From: Candidatus Aenigmatarchaeota archaeon
GTDB lineage: Archaea > Aenigmatarchaeota > Aenigmatarchaeia > CG10238-14 > SCSR01
Assembly: GCA_016181005.1 (NCBI GenBank)
Contig: JACPAE010000004.1
Location: 5,078 to 69,077, forward strand
DNA: 64,000 nt
Direction: 5' to 3'
Below are positions 48,260 to 57,147 of this stretch, one piece after another. A program made the position numbers and the translations under genes. Within the stretch, counting starts at the first letter, position 1. The number at the start of each line of letters is the position of its first letter. Under the pieces are notes generated by a model. That model had not been told where the DNA came from, made no database searches, and worked only from the letters and a program-made list of their open reading frames with translations.

Positions 48260-48705
48260 CCGGTGCAGCTGACAGTTGCTGGAATTGCTCTTCCAGTCGG
48301 AGGCACTATCCTGTAGACACAGCTTCTGGGAGTGCCGGCAGACGTGCAGGAGCCGTCGATAATAGTCGCAGTCCTGCCAGGATCAACGGTCGCCGAATCG
48401 CCGCTTAGCGTAGCTGTACCGCCACCAGACGTTCTCGTGACGCTCACACTTCCGCATGTTACGGTATTTCCTGGACTCGGAGCGCAGGCTCCGTTAACGA
48501 AAGTTAGAGGATTCGTCCCGATGTTCTTGAAAACAAATCTGGCTTGCGTGCCGCCAGAGCAGAAGGCGTCGACAATGTCAAGCCCCTGCAGCTGCTGCTG
48601 GAACGTGCCGGCGATATAAAGATAAGCCGTACCCGCCAATGCTATTGTGATCATAAGCATTAGCAGTGTCGCTACAACTGTCGATACACCTTTCATAAAT
48701 TTCAA
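48256..48705 (-). CDS. Archaeal pilin-N (DUF1628-like) secreted protein, paralog A
   Basis: MKGVSTVVATLLMLMITIALAGTAYLYI (the likely start is the second Met, at 48696). Cys-containing C-terminal CVYRIVPPTGRAIPATVSC. Confidence 0.65.
   Translation of the reverse strand: MKFMKGVSTVVATLLMLMITIALAGTAYLYIAGTFQQQLQGLDIVDAFCSGGTQARFVFKNIGTNPLTFVNGACAPSPGNTVTCGSVSVTRTSGGGTATLSGDSATVDPGRTATIIDGSCTSAGTPRSCVYRIVPPTGRAIPATVSCTG
48283..48315. repeat. 33-nt block identical to 48773-48805 (3' ends of the two pilin paralogs)
   Basis: aattgctcttccagtcggaggcactatcctgta was read at both positions. Confidence 0.9.
48646..48675. repeat. 30-nt block identical to 49096-49125 (5' signal-peptide regions of the two pilin paralogs)
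   Basis: tgtgatcataagcattagcagtgtcgctac was read at both positions. A third shared 23-mer gcagaaggcgtcgacaatgtcaa lies at 48559-48581 and 49010-49032. Confidence 0.9.
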
Positions 48706-48748
48706 CTCATTACATTATTTTAATATTTTAATTCACCCGCTTAAAAGC

Positions 48749-49147
48749 TTATGTGCAATAAACTATCGCAGTAATTGCTCTTCCAGTCGGAGGCACTATC
48801 CTGTAAATGCAACTTCTTGAGCCCACGCCCTCGCACTGGTCGTAGACTATAGCATTGGTTCCAGGCTGGAGCGTCTGGGAGCTCCATTTCAAATCAGTGG
48901 CCGCCGAAGGCGACGTCTGCGATATAACAACTGAGCTGGCGGTTACAGGCTCGCCCCCGATGTTCTTCAGAGTTATAGTTGAATTGTCCGCCCCCGAACC
49001 TTCCCTGAGGCAGAAGGCGTCGACAATGTCAATCCCCTGAGCCTGCTGGGTGTATGTGCTGGTTATGAACAAGTAGACAGTGCCGGCCAATGCCAGTGTG
49101 ATCATAAGCATTAGCAGTGTCGCTACTATTTCAGAAACACCTTTCAT
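48749..49147 (-). CDS. Archaeal pilin-N (DUF1628-like) secreted protein, paralog B
   Basis: MKGVSEIVATLLMLMITLALAGTVYLFI. C-terminal CIYRIVPPTGRAITAIVYC. Confidence 0.65.
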   Translation of the reverse strand: MKGVSEIVATLLMLMITLALAGTVYLFITSTYTQQAQGIDIVDAFCLREGSGADNSTITLKNIGGEPVTASSVVISQTSPSAATDLKWSSQTLQPGTNAIVYDQCEGVGSRSCIYRIVPPTGRAITAIVYCT

Positions 49148-49187
49148 AGTCCCAAATCATTATTAGAGTTCCGGGTTAAAATAGAGT

Positions 49188-49553
49188 ATGAAGGTAGTGC
49201 TGGACACCAACTTCCTAATAGACGCAATGCGATTCAAGATAGACCTTGATGAGATCAGGCACATTGCGCCTGAACCATGCCTGCTATTTACGCTAACTTC
49301 TGTTGTCAAAGAGCTTGAAAGGATTTCCAGAAGGAAAACGCGTCCATCGCTTTACGCAAGAGCCGCGCTTAAAGTCCAGGAAGCGCATGGCATCAGGGTT
49401 ATAAACTCAAGCATACAAACAGACAAGGCGCTGCTGAACCTGTCAAAGAGCTACGCCATAGCCACAAACGACAGGCAACTTCGAAAAGCTATAAAAGCTT
49501 TGGGCGGGAAAACTATTTATTTAAAGTCTAAGAAACATTTAGCTATAGGTTAG
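49188..49553 (+). CDS. PIN-domain protein (Fcf1/Utp24-like)
   Basis: VVLDTNFLID...IATNDRQLRKAIKALG. Sits in the conserved position between aIF2-gamma and rpoE. Confidence 0.7.
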   Translation: MKVVLDTNFLIDAMRFKIDLDEIRHIAPEPCLLFTLTSVVKELERISRRKTRPSLYARAALKVQEAHGIRVINSSIQTDKALLNLSKSYAIATNDRQLRKAIKALGGKTIYLKSKKHLAIG

Positions 49554-49558
49554 ATTAA

Positions 49559-51523
49559 ATGGTCGTGTTGTTAGTTTTTATCGCAGGCATACTGACATTG
49601 CTCTATTCTGCATATCTCAGCTTCAACATAATTTCAAAGCCAGCAGGAAGCAAACAGATGGTAGACATATCAGAGGCTATAAAGAACGGGGCTAACGCCT
49701 ATCTGTTCAGGCAATACAGGACACTAGTTCCAATTGTCGCTATTTTGTCGATACTTTTATTTTTCATTTTCGACTGGATAACAGTTGTTTCATTTCTTTT
49801 GGGCGCAATCTTATCTGGACTTGCAGGTTACATAGGAATGAACATTTCTGTAAGGGCAAACGTGCGAACAGCAGAGGCCGCTAAAACAGGATTAAAAAGC
49901 GCTTTGAATATTGCTTTTAGAGGCGGAGCTGTAACAGGGTTGGTAGTAGCTGGATTGGCTCTGCTAGGCGTAACCGCACTTTTCTATTTCACGCAGAGTG
50001 CTGCTTTGACTGTCGGCTTCGGCTTCGGCGCAAGTCTGATAAGCTTGTTCATGAGAGTCGGTGGTGGGATATACACTAAAGCAGCTGATGTTGGCGCAGA
50101 TTTGGTCGGTAAAGTAGAGAAAGGAATTCCAGAAGATGACCCAAGAAATCCTGGTGTTATAGCAGATAATGTCGGTGATAATGTTGGTGATTGTGCAGGA
50201 ATGGCTGCTGACTTGTTCGAATCTTATGCAATTACTTTGATTGCAGCGATGCTGTTGGGATTAGCTATAGGAACGAACGCCGTTTTATTTCCTCTTGCTA
50301 TAGGTGCCGCGGGAATTGTCGCGTCTGTTATTGGAACGTTTTTTGTCCGTCTCGGGAAAAGTCAAAACATTTGGGGTGCACTATACAAAGGTTTGATAGC
50401 AACAACAATTATTTCAGCAATTTTATTCTATCTGATATCAAACTTTCTATTCCAGAGTTTGAACATATTTTATGCCGCACTAATAGGTCTAGGTGTTACA
50501 TTAATCATCAGCTACATAACAGAATTCTACACGGCAAGGGATAGGAAGTCTGTCAAGGAAGTTGCCGAGGCCGCTAAAACGGGGGCAGGTACAAACGTGA
50601 TTGCAGGTTTGGCTTTGGGAATGAGAAGTACATATCCAACAGCACTTTTGATAGCTGCAGCAATTTTTGCATCCTATTACTTCGCAGGTGTGTACGGCAT
50701 TGCAATAGCAGCTGTGGGCATGTTGTCAGTAACTGGGATGATAGTAGCAGTAGACTCTTACGGTCCAATAACAGACAATGCAGGTGGCATAGCAGAAATG
50801 TCGAAATTACCACCGAAAGTTAGAAAAGTTACTGATGCACTTGATGCTGTTGGAAATACGACAAAAGCTGTGACTAAGGGATTTGCTATAGGTTCTGCAG
50901 CGTTGGCGGCGTTGTCGTTATTCGTCGTATATGCAGAGGCTGCTCAATTGCAGGCAATAGATGTACTTAAGGTAAATGTTGTCGCAGGACTGTTAATCGG
51001 TGGCATGATACCATTTTTATTCTCTTCACTCTTGATGCGTGCAGTCGGAAAAGCGGCATTCTCTATCGTGGAGGAAGTAAGGCGACAGTTCAGAACAATC
51101 AAAGGACTGATGCAAGGAAAAGCTAAACCCGATTATGCAAAGTGCGTCGACATAACAACTGGTGCAGCACTAAGGGAATTTATCGTCCCTGGAATCATTG
51201 CAGTTATTGCACCAATTGCAGTTGGATTTATTTTAGGAGCTGAAGCTTTAGGAGGGATGTTAGCAGGAAGCATCGTTACAGGGCTGTTGCTAGCGATAAC
51301 TATGGCGAATATGGGAGCCGCATGGGACAATGCTAAGAAATTCATAGAGATAGGAAACTTTGGTGGAAAGGGGAGTTTTGCTCATGCCGCAAGTGTTGTT
51401 GGAGATACGGTAGGCGATCCTGCAAAAGACACCGCAGGACCAAGCTTAAATCCTTTAATTAAAGTTATGAATATGGTAGCCCTTTTATCTGCAGGACTTA
51501 TAATTACATATTCTTTGTTGTGA
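49559..51523 (+). CDS. hppA: Membrane-bound H+(/Na+)-translocating pyrophosphatase
   Basis: [38 protein letters not shown]. About 15 TM helices. Confidence 0.95.
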   Translation: MVVLLVFIAGILTLLYSAYLSFNIISKPAGSKQMVDISEAIKNGANAYLFRQYRTLVPIVAILSILLFFIFDWITVVSFLLGAILSGLAGYIGMNISVRANVRTAEAAKTGLKSALNIAFRGGAVTGLVVAGLALLGVTALFYFTQSAALTVGFGFGASLISLFMRVGGGIYTKAADVGADLVGKVEKGIPEDDPRNPGVIADNVGDNVGDCAGMAADLFESYAITLIAAMLLGLAIGTNAVLFPLAIGAAGIVASVIGTFFVRLGKSQNIWGALYKGLIATTIISAILFYLISNFLFQSLNIFYAALIGLGVTLIISYITEFYTARDRKSVKEVAEAAKTGAGTNVIAGLALGMRSTYPTALLIAAAIFASYYFAGVYGIAIAAVGMLSVTGMIVAVDSYGPITDNAGGIAEMSKLPPKVRKVTDALDAVGNTTKAVTKGFAIGSAALAALSLFVVYAEAAQLQAIDVLKVNVVAGLLIGGMIPFLFSSLLMRAVGKAAFSIVEEVRRQFRTIKGLMQGKAKPDYAKCVDITTGAALREFIVPGIIAVIAPIAVGFILGAEALGGMLAGSIVTGLLLAITMANMGAAWDNAKKFIEIGNFGGKGSFAHAASVVGDTVGDPAKDTAGPSLNPLIKVMNMVALLSAGLIITYSLL

Positions 51524-51527
51524 TGAT

Positions 51528-52073
51528 ATGTACCGAATACTAACTATAGAAGACACCATTAGGGTTCCGCCTGAAAAATTCAGCCTAAAGTCGAAAGAGG
51601 CGGTAAAGCATGCTCTGGCAGACAAGTACGAGGGCCTGCTTGACCCGAAGGTGGGCGTAATTCTAAACATTGTCGAAGTTGAAGAAATCGGCGAAGGCAA
51701 AATTTTGCCAGAAGATCCCAGCATTCATTATCCAGTGAGATTCAAGGGACTGGTCTACAAACCAGAATTGCACGAGTTGGTTTATGGCGAGGTTGTCGAC
51801 AATACAGAGTTCGGCTCGTTCGTGCGTGTTGGCCCCCTGGACGGCCTTGTCCACATCTCCCAGCTTATGGACGATTATGTGAGCTTCGACAGCAAGAACT
51901 CACTATTCCTAGGCAAGGAGACGAAGAAAACTTTGAAAGAGGGCGACCTTGTGAGGGGCAGGGTTATCTCCATCTCGTGGGACGAGGGCAACAAGATAGG
52001 CCTTACAATGCGGCAGCCTATGCTGGGGAGCTTGGCCTGGCTGGCAGATGAGAAGAAAAAGAAGAGGAAGTAG
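51528..52073 (+). CDS. rpoE: RNA polymerase subunit Rpo7 (E')
   Basis: [18 protein letters not shown]..., C-terminal S1 domain [26 protein letters not shown]. Confidence 0.9.
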   Translation: MYRILTIEDTIRVPPEKFSLKSKEAVKHALADKYEGLLDPKVGVILNIVEVEEIGEGKILPEDPSIHYPVRFKGLVYKPELHELVYGEVVDNTEFGSFVRVGPLDGLVHISQLMDDYVSFDSKNSLFLGKETKKTLKEGDLVRGRVISISWDEGNKIGLTMRQPMLGSLAWLADEKKKKRK

Positions 52074-52262
52074 ATGGCCAAAAGATTGCAAGTCTGCAGA
52101 AACTGCAAAAGGTTCACGACCGAAAAGTCTTGTCACACTTGCAAGTCCACCAACCTGTCTACAAGCTGGAAGGGCCTTGTGATTATCACGGACGAAAGCA
52201 GCGAGATTGCAAAGACGCTGAACATAACGGAAAAGGGCAAGTACGCTCTTTACGTAGGGTGA
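52074..52262 (+). CDS. spt4: Transcription elongation factor Spt4 (RpoE'')
   Basis: Zn ribbon CRNC...CHTC, then WKGLVIITD. 62 aa. Confidence 0.8.
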   Translation: MAKRLQVCRNCKRFTTEKSCHTCKSTNLSTSWKGLVIITDESSEIAKTLNITEKGKYALYVG

Positions 52263-52266
52263 TTTT

Positions 52267-52557
52267 ATGGAAATGAATGTTGTAGAAGAGAAGCAAAACC
52301 CGTTCTTCAAGAGGAAGGACGTCAAGCTTGGCTTGAAGCATCTGGGCATGGCCACGCCTTCAAAGGAATCCTTGACAAAAGAGCTGGCTTTGAGATACGG
52401 CGTTGATGAATTGCAGGTGCAGATTAATTATATCTTCCCGCAAAAAGGCTTGGGAGAATCTTTGATAAGCGCCAAGATTTTGGACGAAAAGCCGGCAGCG
52501 CCGGTGCAGGAAGCTAAAGGTGAAAATGTTGAAGCACAAGAAAACAAGCCAGCATAA
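52267..52557 (+). CDS. rps24e: Ribosomal protein S24e
   Basis: NPFFKRKDVKLGLKHLGMATPSKESLTKELA. Confidence 0.85.
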   Translation: MEMNVVEEKQNPFFKRKDVKLGLKHLGMATPSKESLTKELALRYGVDELQVQINYIFPQKGLGESLISAKILDEKPAAPVQEAKGENVEAQENKPA

Positions 52558-52690
52558 ACACTATTCGGTTAAAGACGGCAAGCTTGAAAGATCGAGAAGG
52601 CTTTGTCCCAGGTGCGGCGACAGCTTCTTGGCGCAGCACAAGAATCGAGTGGTGTGCGGCAAATGCCTGTATTCCGAATTCAAAGCCTAG
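52526..52690 (+). CDS. rps27ae: Ribosomal protein S27ae (eS31), 54 aa
   Basis: Hand-translated: MLKHKKTSQHKHYSVKDGKLERSRRLCPRCGDSFLAQHKNRVVCGKCLYSEFKA (CPRCG...CGKC zinc ribbon). Overlaps the rps24e 3' end in another frame. Below the ORF-track cutoff. Confidence 0.8.
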   Translation: MLKHKKTSQHKHYSVKDGKLERSRRLCPRCGDSFLAQHKNRVVCGKCLYSEFKA

Positions 52691-53364
52691 CCCAAGTTCA
52701 GAGCGTCGATTATTCTTTGAAGCTCAGGGGCGGTAGTCTTGTCGCCAACCAGGGCACCGTTGGAGTTTGCAATCATACACGAGCCGACAAACGGCGAACC
52801 AAAGTTGGCAGTTCCTATGTCGGCATTGACCTTGAGCACGTCTTCAACCAATTTAATGTCCTTTTCATTGGAATCCCTGTGCAACAAACAGCCTTTGTTA
52901 GTAGCCACACCACAGGAGCCGACAATGTCAGTGCCCGCAAGCCTTGTCTTGACTACCTCTGCACCTAGGCAATCTTCAATATTCTTAACATCCTTTGATC
53001 TCAATAGTCTGCTTGCCAACGCACCCCTATCGTTGCAGAGAACCAAATTCCCGAGTGCAGAAAATTTCGAGTCTATAACCGAAAAATTGATGCCCAAGCC
53101 CTTTGCAAAATGCTCGAATATCTTAATCTCGTTGTCGGTAGCAAGCTTCGGCAAAATAATCCCGTTTGAATTGAGTGCAGAAAACAAGCCGATGAATTCT
53201 GTATTGGCCACAAAACATTTCTTAACCTCTACACTCAAGTAACTCTCAATCCTTTTAACATCTTTTTCGTGGACAGAATTCCCGGCCAGGCAAAACCTGT
53301 CGGATGCCTTAAGATACATCCCAACGTTTGGGTCACCGTAAAAGTTCAGGTTGGAGATTTGCAT
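52687..53364 (-). CDS. eif6: Translation initiation factor aIF6
   Basis: Five-fold pseudo-repeat with the recurring IG/VG...N..G.LV pattern. N-terminus MQISNLNFYGDPNVGMYL. Confidence 0.9.
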   Translation of the reverse strand: MQISNLNFYGDPNVGMYLKASDRFCLAGNSVHEKDVKRIESYLSVEVKKCFVANTEFIGLFSALNSNGIILPKLATDNEIKIFEHFAKGLGINFSVIDSKFSALGNLVLCNDRGALASRLLRSKDVKNIEDCLGAEVVKTRLAGTDIVGSCGVATNKGCLLHRDSNEKDIKLVEDVLKVNADIGTANFGSPFVGSCMIANSNGALVGDKTTAPELQRIIDALNLG

Positions 53365-53366
53365 GT

Positions 53367-53594
53367 CTATTCAACAGGCTCCAGCTTTACAATCTTCCCA
53401 TCCTTCACAATTTTCACTCTGAACGCAGCCCGCCCGCCTTTCCACAGCTTTTCGTTCAATTTCTGGCTAACTGCCACGTTGTCAAGCTTCATCTTCCTTT
53501 TCAAAAGCCTTACAAGGCCGTCTTTTCTTCTCCATCTTGGAACTTTCACAAGCTGCTTTCTCAGGTTAACGCTCACGATTCTTTCTTCAGCCAT
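53367..53594 (-). CDS. rpl31e: Ribosomal protein L31e
   Basis: ERIVSVNLRKQLVKVPRWRRKDGLVRLLKRKM... Confidence 0.85.
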   Translation of the reverse strand: MAEERIVSVNLRKQLVKVPRWRRKDGLVRLLKRKMKLDNVAVSQKLNEKLWKGGRAAFRVKIVKDGKIVKLEPVE

Positions 53595-53699
53595 GCTTAT
53601 TCATTCAACTTTGGCATTTTAATTTCTTTGGCTGGTGGCAAAGGTTAAAGAAGTGACAGAAGATATTTAAGACACAGCCGCGTATTATATAAAGATAGG

Positions 53700-54119
53700 A
53701 TGAAAGCCATTTCGCAAATGATTGCCGTAATTCTTTTAATAGCCTTCACGATAGGAGTCGGCGGCCTGGTAAACATTTTCGCTACAAGCCTCACGACAAC
53801 ATCGACAGGCATAGCCTCAAACCAGAGCGAGGCGCTGTCCAAGTGCGCCGGCGCATGGATTAATGTTTACAGCGTCCAAAGCGACAAAGTTCTTTTCTCC
53901 AATCCTTCGCAGGAGACGATAAGAGGTATAAATGTGATTGTCAGCGGGGGAAATATAACTCCTAGTTCCGCAAGTCTTGCTCCAGGCGCCACAAGCTCAT
54001 TCTCAGGAGCCGGTTGGGCTCTTGCTGGCAACACCTCAGTAACGGTAAGAGGCCTTTGCCAAACACTTGTAACAGTCGAAGGAAAATGCACGACATCTCA
54101 AGAATGTTGGGATGCTTAA
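53700..54119 (+). CDS. Archaeal pilin-N (DUF1628-like) secreted protein
   Basis: MKAISQMIAVILLIAFTIGVGGLVNIF. Cys-containing C-terminal domain. Confidence 0.55.
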   Translation: MKAISQMIAVILLIAFTIGVGGLVNIFATSLTTTSTGIASNQSEALSKCAGAWINVYSVQSDKVLFSNPSQETIRGINVIVSGGNITPSSASLAPGATSSFSGAGWALAGNTSVTVRGLCQTLVTVEGKCTTSQECWDA

Positions 54120-54283
54120 ATCTTAACTCTGGTCCTTCTCCATCTCTTGACCTTGGTTATCTGTATCCTTCTGGTCCTCGCCCTTTTCATGCCGAACTTC
54201 CTGATGTCAGCCCATCTCGGGGCATTCCTAATCCTCTTGATTCTGGCAAGCTTGATCTTCCTGCCGACAGTTTTAATCCCCAT
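54116..54283 (-). CDS. rpl39e: Ribosomal protein L39e, 55 aa
   Basis: Hand-translated: MGIKTVGRKIKLARIKRIRNAPRWADIRKFGMKRARTRRIQITKVKRWRRTRVKI. The start abuts the rrp42 stop. Below the ORF-track cutoff. Confidence 0.75.
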   Translation of the reverse strand: MGIKTVGRKIKLARIKRIRNAPRWADIRKFGMKRARTRRIQITKVKRWRRTRVKI

Positions 54284-55042
54284 TTACATCAGCTTCCTCA
54301 AGTCTCCAGCTTTCTTTATAGCCAAATCAACAATAGCTTCCAGGTCATTGAATGCGATGCCGCTGGCGCCTTGCTTCTGTATCGCGCATATCTTGCCGTC
54401 TTCCATTACTGCTATGGAAACCTTCGACTCGACAACGGACTCCTCCTCTATCGCAGGGTCAACAAAAAGATTGTCGCCAACCTTGCAAACAGTAACAGTC
54501 ACCGGCTTGTGGGCAACAGGCAACTTGTCTCCATGCTCGCCGGCCACAACCTTTCCCTCCTCAAGCTTCGGTAGTTTTGCAGTTATGAGAGCGTTGATTG
54601 CAGCCAATGCCGCGGCGTCAATGAGGTTGCCCTGATGGTCGATTATGTGGATATCCACAAAAACCGTCCAGACTTTTTCGCCAGGCACTATAACAAGCTT
54701 TTCCGTCTCCAAACTCTTCGACTCCCTGATGCCCCTGTCTACAATCCTTGCAAGCTCTACAGCATTCTCTCCTGGCGGCCCTGACTCGAATTCCGGAGAC
54801 GCCATAGGCGTGAATTCAGTGTTTACAATCAGCACGCCGTTATTGGGGCTGTCTGAAAATGGCGTTCCTACACCTATCTTGACGCCGGCAATTACCTGCG
54901 TCTTGCCTATGCGCACGTAAGCAGAGCCTTCAGCCTTGCTTATGACACCAGTCTTTATCTCAATATCCCTGAACTGGTCGAACTTCCTCTTGTCAACCCT
55001 CTTTCCATGCTCTATAAGCTCCAAAGCATAACGCTCCATCAT
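54284..55042 (-). CDS. rrp42: Exosome subunit Rrp42 (RNase PH-like, inactive)
   Basis: RNase PH fold. Sits in the third position of the rrp4-rrp41-rrp42 operon. Confidence 0.85.
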   Translation of the reverse strand: MMERYALELIEHGKRVDKRKFDQFRDIEIKTGVISKAEGSAYVRIGKTQVIAGVKIGVGTPFSDSPNNGVLIVNTEFTPMASPEFESGPPGENAVELARIVDRGIRESKSLETEKLVIVPGEKVWTVFVDIHIIDHQGNLIDAAALAAINALITAKLPKLEEGKVVAGEHGDKLPVAHKPVTVTVCKVGDNLFVDPAIEEESVVESKVSIAVMEDGKICAIQKQGASGIAFNDLEAIVDLAIKKAGDLRKLM

Positions 55043-55761
55043 TCAGCACCCCTGTACTTCTCCATCAGAGTCTGTTTCTGAATCTGGTATATCTTCTTGC
55101 ACGACTCTCTGGCCAGATTCAAAAGCATTACCAGCTCTTCCTTTGTCAGGATGCCGTCCATCTGCAGCAGAGTGACAATGTCTTTCTGCGGCATCATCGC
55201 AACCCCGACATCTGATTCCGAGTTGTTGTCTTCCACGCCGTTAAGGTCGACTATCAGAGTGTCGCTAATCTTCCCAACAGAGCATGCGGCAACCAAATCC
55301 TTCATCGGTATGCCTGCAGACGCAAGTGCCATCGAAAGCGCGTTTATTCCAGTGACCCTTGTGCTGCCGTCCGCCTCGACTATTTCTATAAAACTATCAA
55401 CAGTTGACTTGGGATAATCTTCCAGGAAGAGCACAGGCTCGAATGCCCGCCTTATGACTTTTGATATCTCAACGCTCCTTCTGTCAGGTCCCGGAGACTT
55501 TCTGTCGTCGACGCTGAATGGCGCCATGTTGTACCTGCATCTCAGGATGCCGGTGTCCGACTCCTGCAGGAATTTCGGAAATAAAGACCTGGGACCGTGC
55601 ACGCTCGCGTATGCAGTGGTCTTGCCGAAGCTGACCTTCGCCGAGCCATTGGCACTGGAAATTTCGTCAACGCTCATCTTAATCTCCCTCATATGGTAAG
55701 GCTCCCTTCCGTCCAGCCTTCTGCCATTCACGATAAGCTCTTTGTCAGTCGCCTTGCCCAT
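55039..55761 (-). CDS. rrp41: Exosome subunit Rrp41 (RNase PH-like, catalytic)
   Basis: RLDGREPYHMREIKMSV...ANGSAKVSFGKTTAYASVHGPR. Confidence 0.9.
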   Translation of the reverse strand: MGKATDKELIVNGRRLDGREPYHMREIKMSVDEISSANGSAKVSFGKTTAYASVHGPRSLFPKFLQESDTGILRCRYNMAPFSVDDRKSPGPDRRSVEISKVIRRAFEPVLFLEDYPKSTVDSFIEIVEADGSTRVTGINALSMALASAGIPMKDLVAACSVGKISDTLIVDLNGVEDNNSESDVGVAMMPQKDIVTLLQMDGILTKEELVMLLNLARESCKKIYQIQKQTLMEKYRGAE

Positions 55762-56422
55762 TTACCTCACCCAGCATTTTCTCGATCTTCTCCGTAAGCC
55801 CCATTGTGTGGGATTCCTTCTCTATAGTAATAATAGCCTCTATAGCCTTGTCTTTGGTATCGCCCCTTATCCATATCACGCCATTCTGGCCGACGATTAT
55901 GTCGCATTTAGTACTGGCTTTTATCATGCTTATCATGCTGCCTTCCTTGCCGATTATCCTCGGCACCCTTGTGGGAGTCACCTTTATGATAATGCCGTTC
56001 CTCAGTTTCCTTGATTCGAAATCCCTCATGGACGCCTGGACAGTCTTCTGCTTCGTTACCCGCGAAAGCCTGCAATAAATTATATCGCCGACATCAAAGA
56101 ATCTGGTCAGATCAGACCTCTGCATGTCTACAAACTCTTCCACGCCTTCCGAAACAGGCAGGAATGCCGTATATGCGGAGTTTATGTCGACAAACCAGCC
56201 CGATATCTCCACTGATTCTATTACCGCGACAACCCTGTCGCCCATCTTCGGCAGGTAGGTCCCGTACATCGGAATCACGGCCAGCTCATTCTCACTAATC
56301 CTCGGTATTCCCAAAAGCTTGGAGAAGACCTTGCCATCCTCCTCGTAAACGCCGTTGCCCAGCTTCCTTCCCTTCCTTTCGTCCAGCATGTCGCCCGGCA
56401 GGACAACTTCCCTAGCCTTCAT
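55745..56422 (-). CDS. rrp4: Exosome RNA-binding subunit Rrp4 (S1 + KH)
   Basis: VLPGDML..., S1 segment GDRVVAVIESVEISGWFVDI, KH segment RIIGKEGSMISMI. Confidence 0.85.
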   Translation of the reverse strand: MKAREVVLPGDMLDERKGRKLGNGVYEEDGKVFSKLLGIPRISENELAVIPMYGTYLPKMGDRVVAVIESVEISGWFVDINSAYTAFLPVSEGVEEFVDMQRSDLTRFFDVGDIIYCRLSRVTKQKTVQASMRDFESRKLRNGIIIKVTPTRVPRIIGKEGSMISMIKASTKCDIIVGQNGVIWIRGDTKDKAIEAIITIEKESHTMGLTEKIEKMLGEVNGQGD

Positions 56423-57147
56423 GCGTCTTCCCTCTTGAGCACTTTCGATTCAAAATTTCCATGAGTTAGATTTGAAATCTTTTGTATAAATTCGTCCATG
56501 ACGCCGGCCATAAGCTCCACGCTGGCCTGCAAAGAGCCGTCGTTGAGCCACTGTTCGCCTACAACCTTCCCAGTTTTTATTATCGGGAACGCCCTCCCTG
56601 CAAACTGCGGCGGAACCTTCACCTGCAGAGTCACGTTCTGGAACTTTAATGGAATATATTTTTTGATTGCCTCGACAATTTTCGCAAGTTGCAATTCTGC
56701 CGGTGAAAAGGGATCGACATTCACGCCTGCCTGGTGCATGGCATTTAGGATTCTCTGCTCAGGGTGCGGCGTATTGGTCTGCGGATTTACTCCCCTTTTC
56801 GATATCAAGCCTGCAACCTGGCTCCTTTTCTGCTCAACCATCTCCCTTCTCTGCTCTGTCGTAAGCTGTATCTCGCCCTGCTTAAGGATGACTTCCGCTA
56901 TCTTGTAGGCATCCTTTGTGCCGAAAACCTTCTGCAGCTCTGACTCTGCAACCGATTCAGTGCTTCTCACGTCCCTGTAAATCACAGGATAAGCCAAAAT
57001 CTCTTCCATAGGAACAGCCTTTCCACTCTTCAAATCCATTGCTTTATTCGGATCTACAAGTATTTCAAACTTTTGCCCTTGCGCTGTCAATCTGGATATG
57101 ACAGCCTTTTCTATGCTTACTGACAACAGAATCACGTATAATTGCAA
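56419..57147 (-). CDS. sdo1: SBDS (Shwachman-Bodian-Diamond) family ribosome maturation protein
   Basis: SIEKAVISRLTAQGQKFEILVDPNKA... The ORF-track start is a TTG abutting the psmA stop. The true start is probably the GTG at 57135 or the TTG at 57126. Confidence 0.85.
   Translation of the reverse strand: MQLYVILLSVSIEKAVISRLTAQGQKFEILVDPNKAMDLKSGKAVPMEEILAYPVIYRDVRSTESVAESELQKVFGTKDAYKIAEVILKQGEIQLTTEQRREMVEQKRSQVAGLISKRGVNPQTNTPHPEQRILNAMHQAGVNVDPFSPAELQLAKIVEAIKKYIPLKFQNVTLQVKVPPQFAGRAFPIIKTGKVVGEQWLNDGSLQASVELMAGVMDEFIQKISNLTHGNFESKVLKREDA

Noticed and set aside
53595-53699. The expected rpl39e immediately upstream of rpl31e, the usual L39e-L31e-aIF6 order.
   Set aside because: Only a 6-codon ORF is present there. 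A good L39e gene was found instead at 54116-54283, directly after rrp42.
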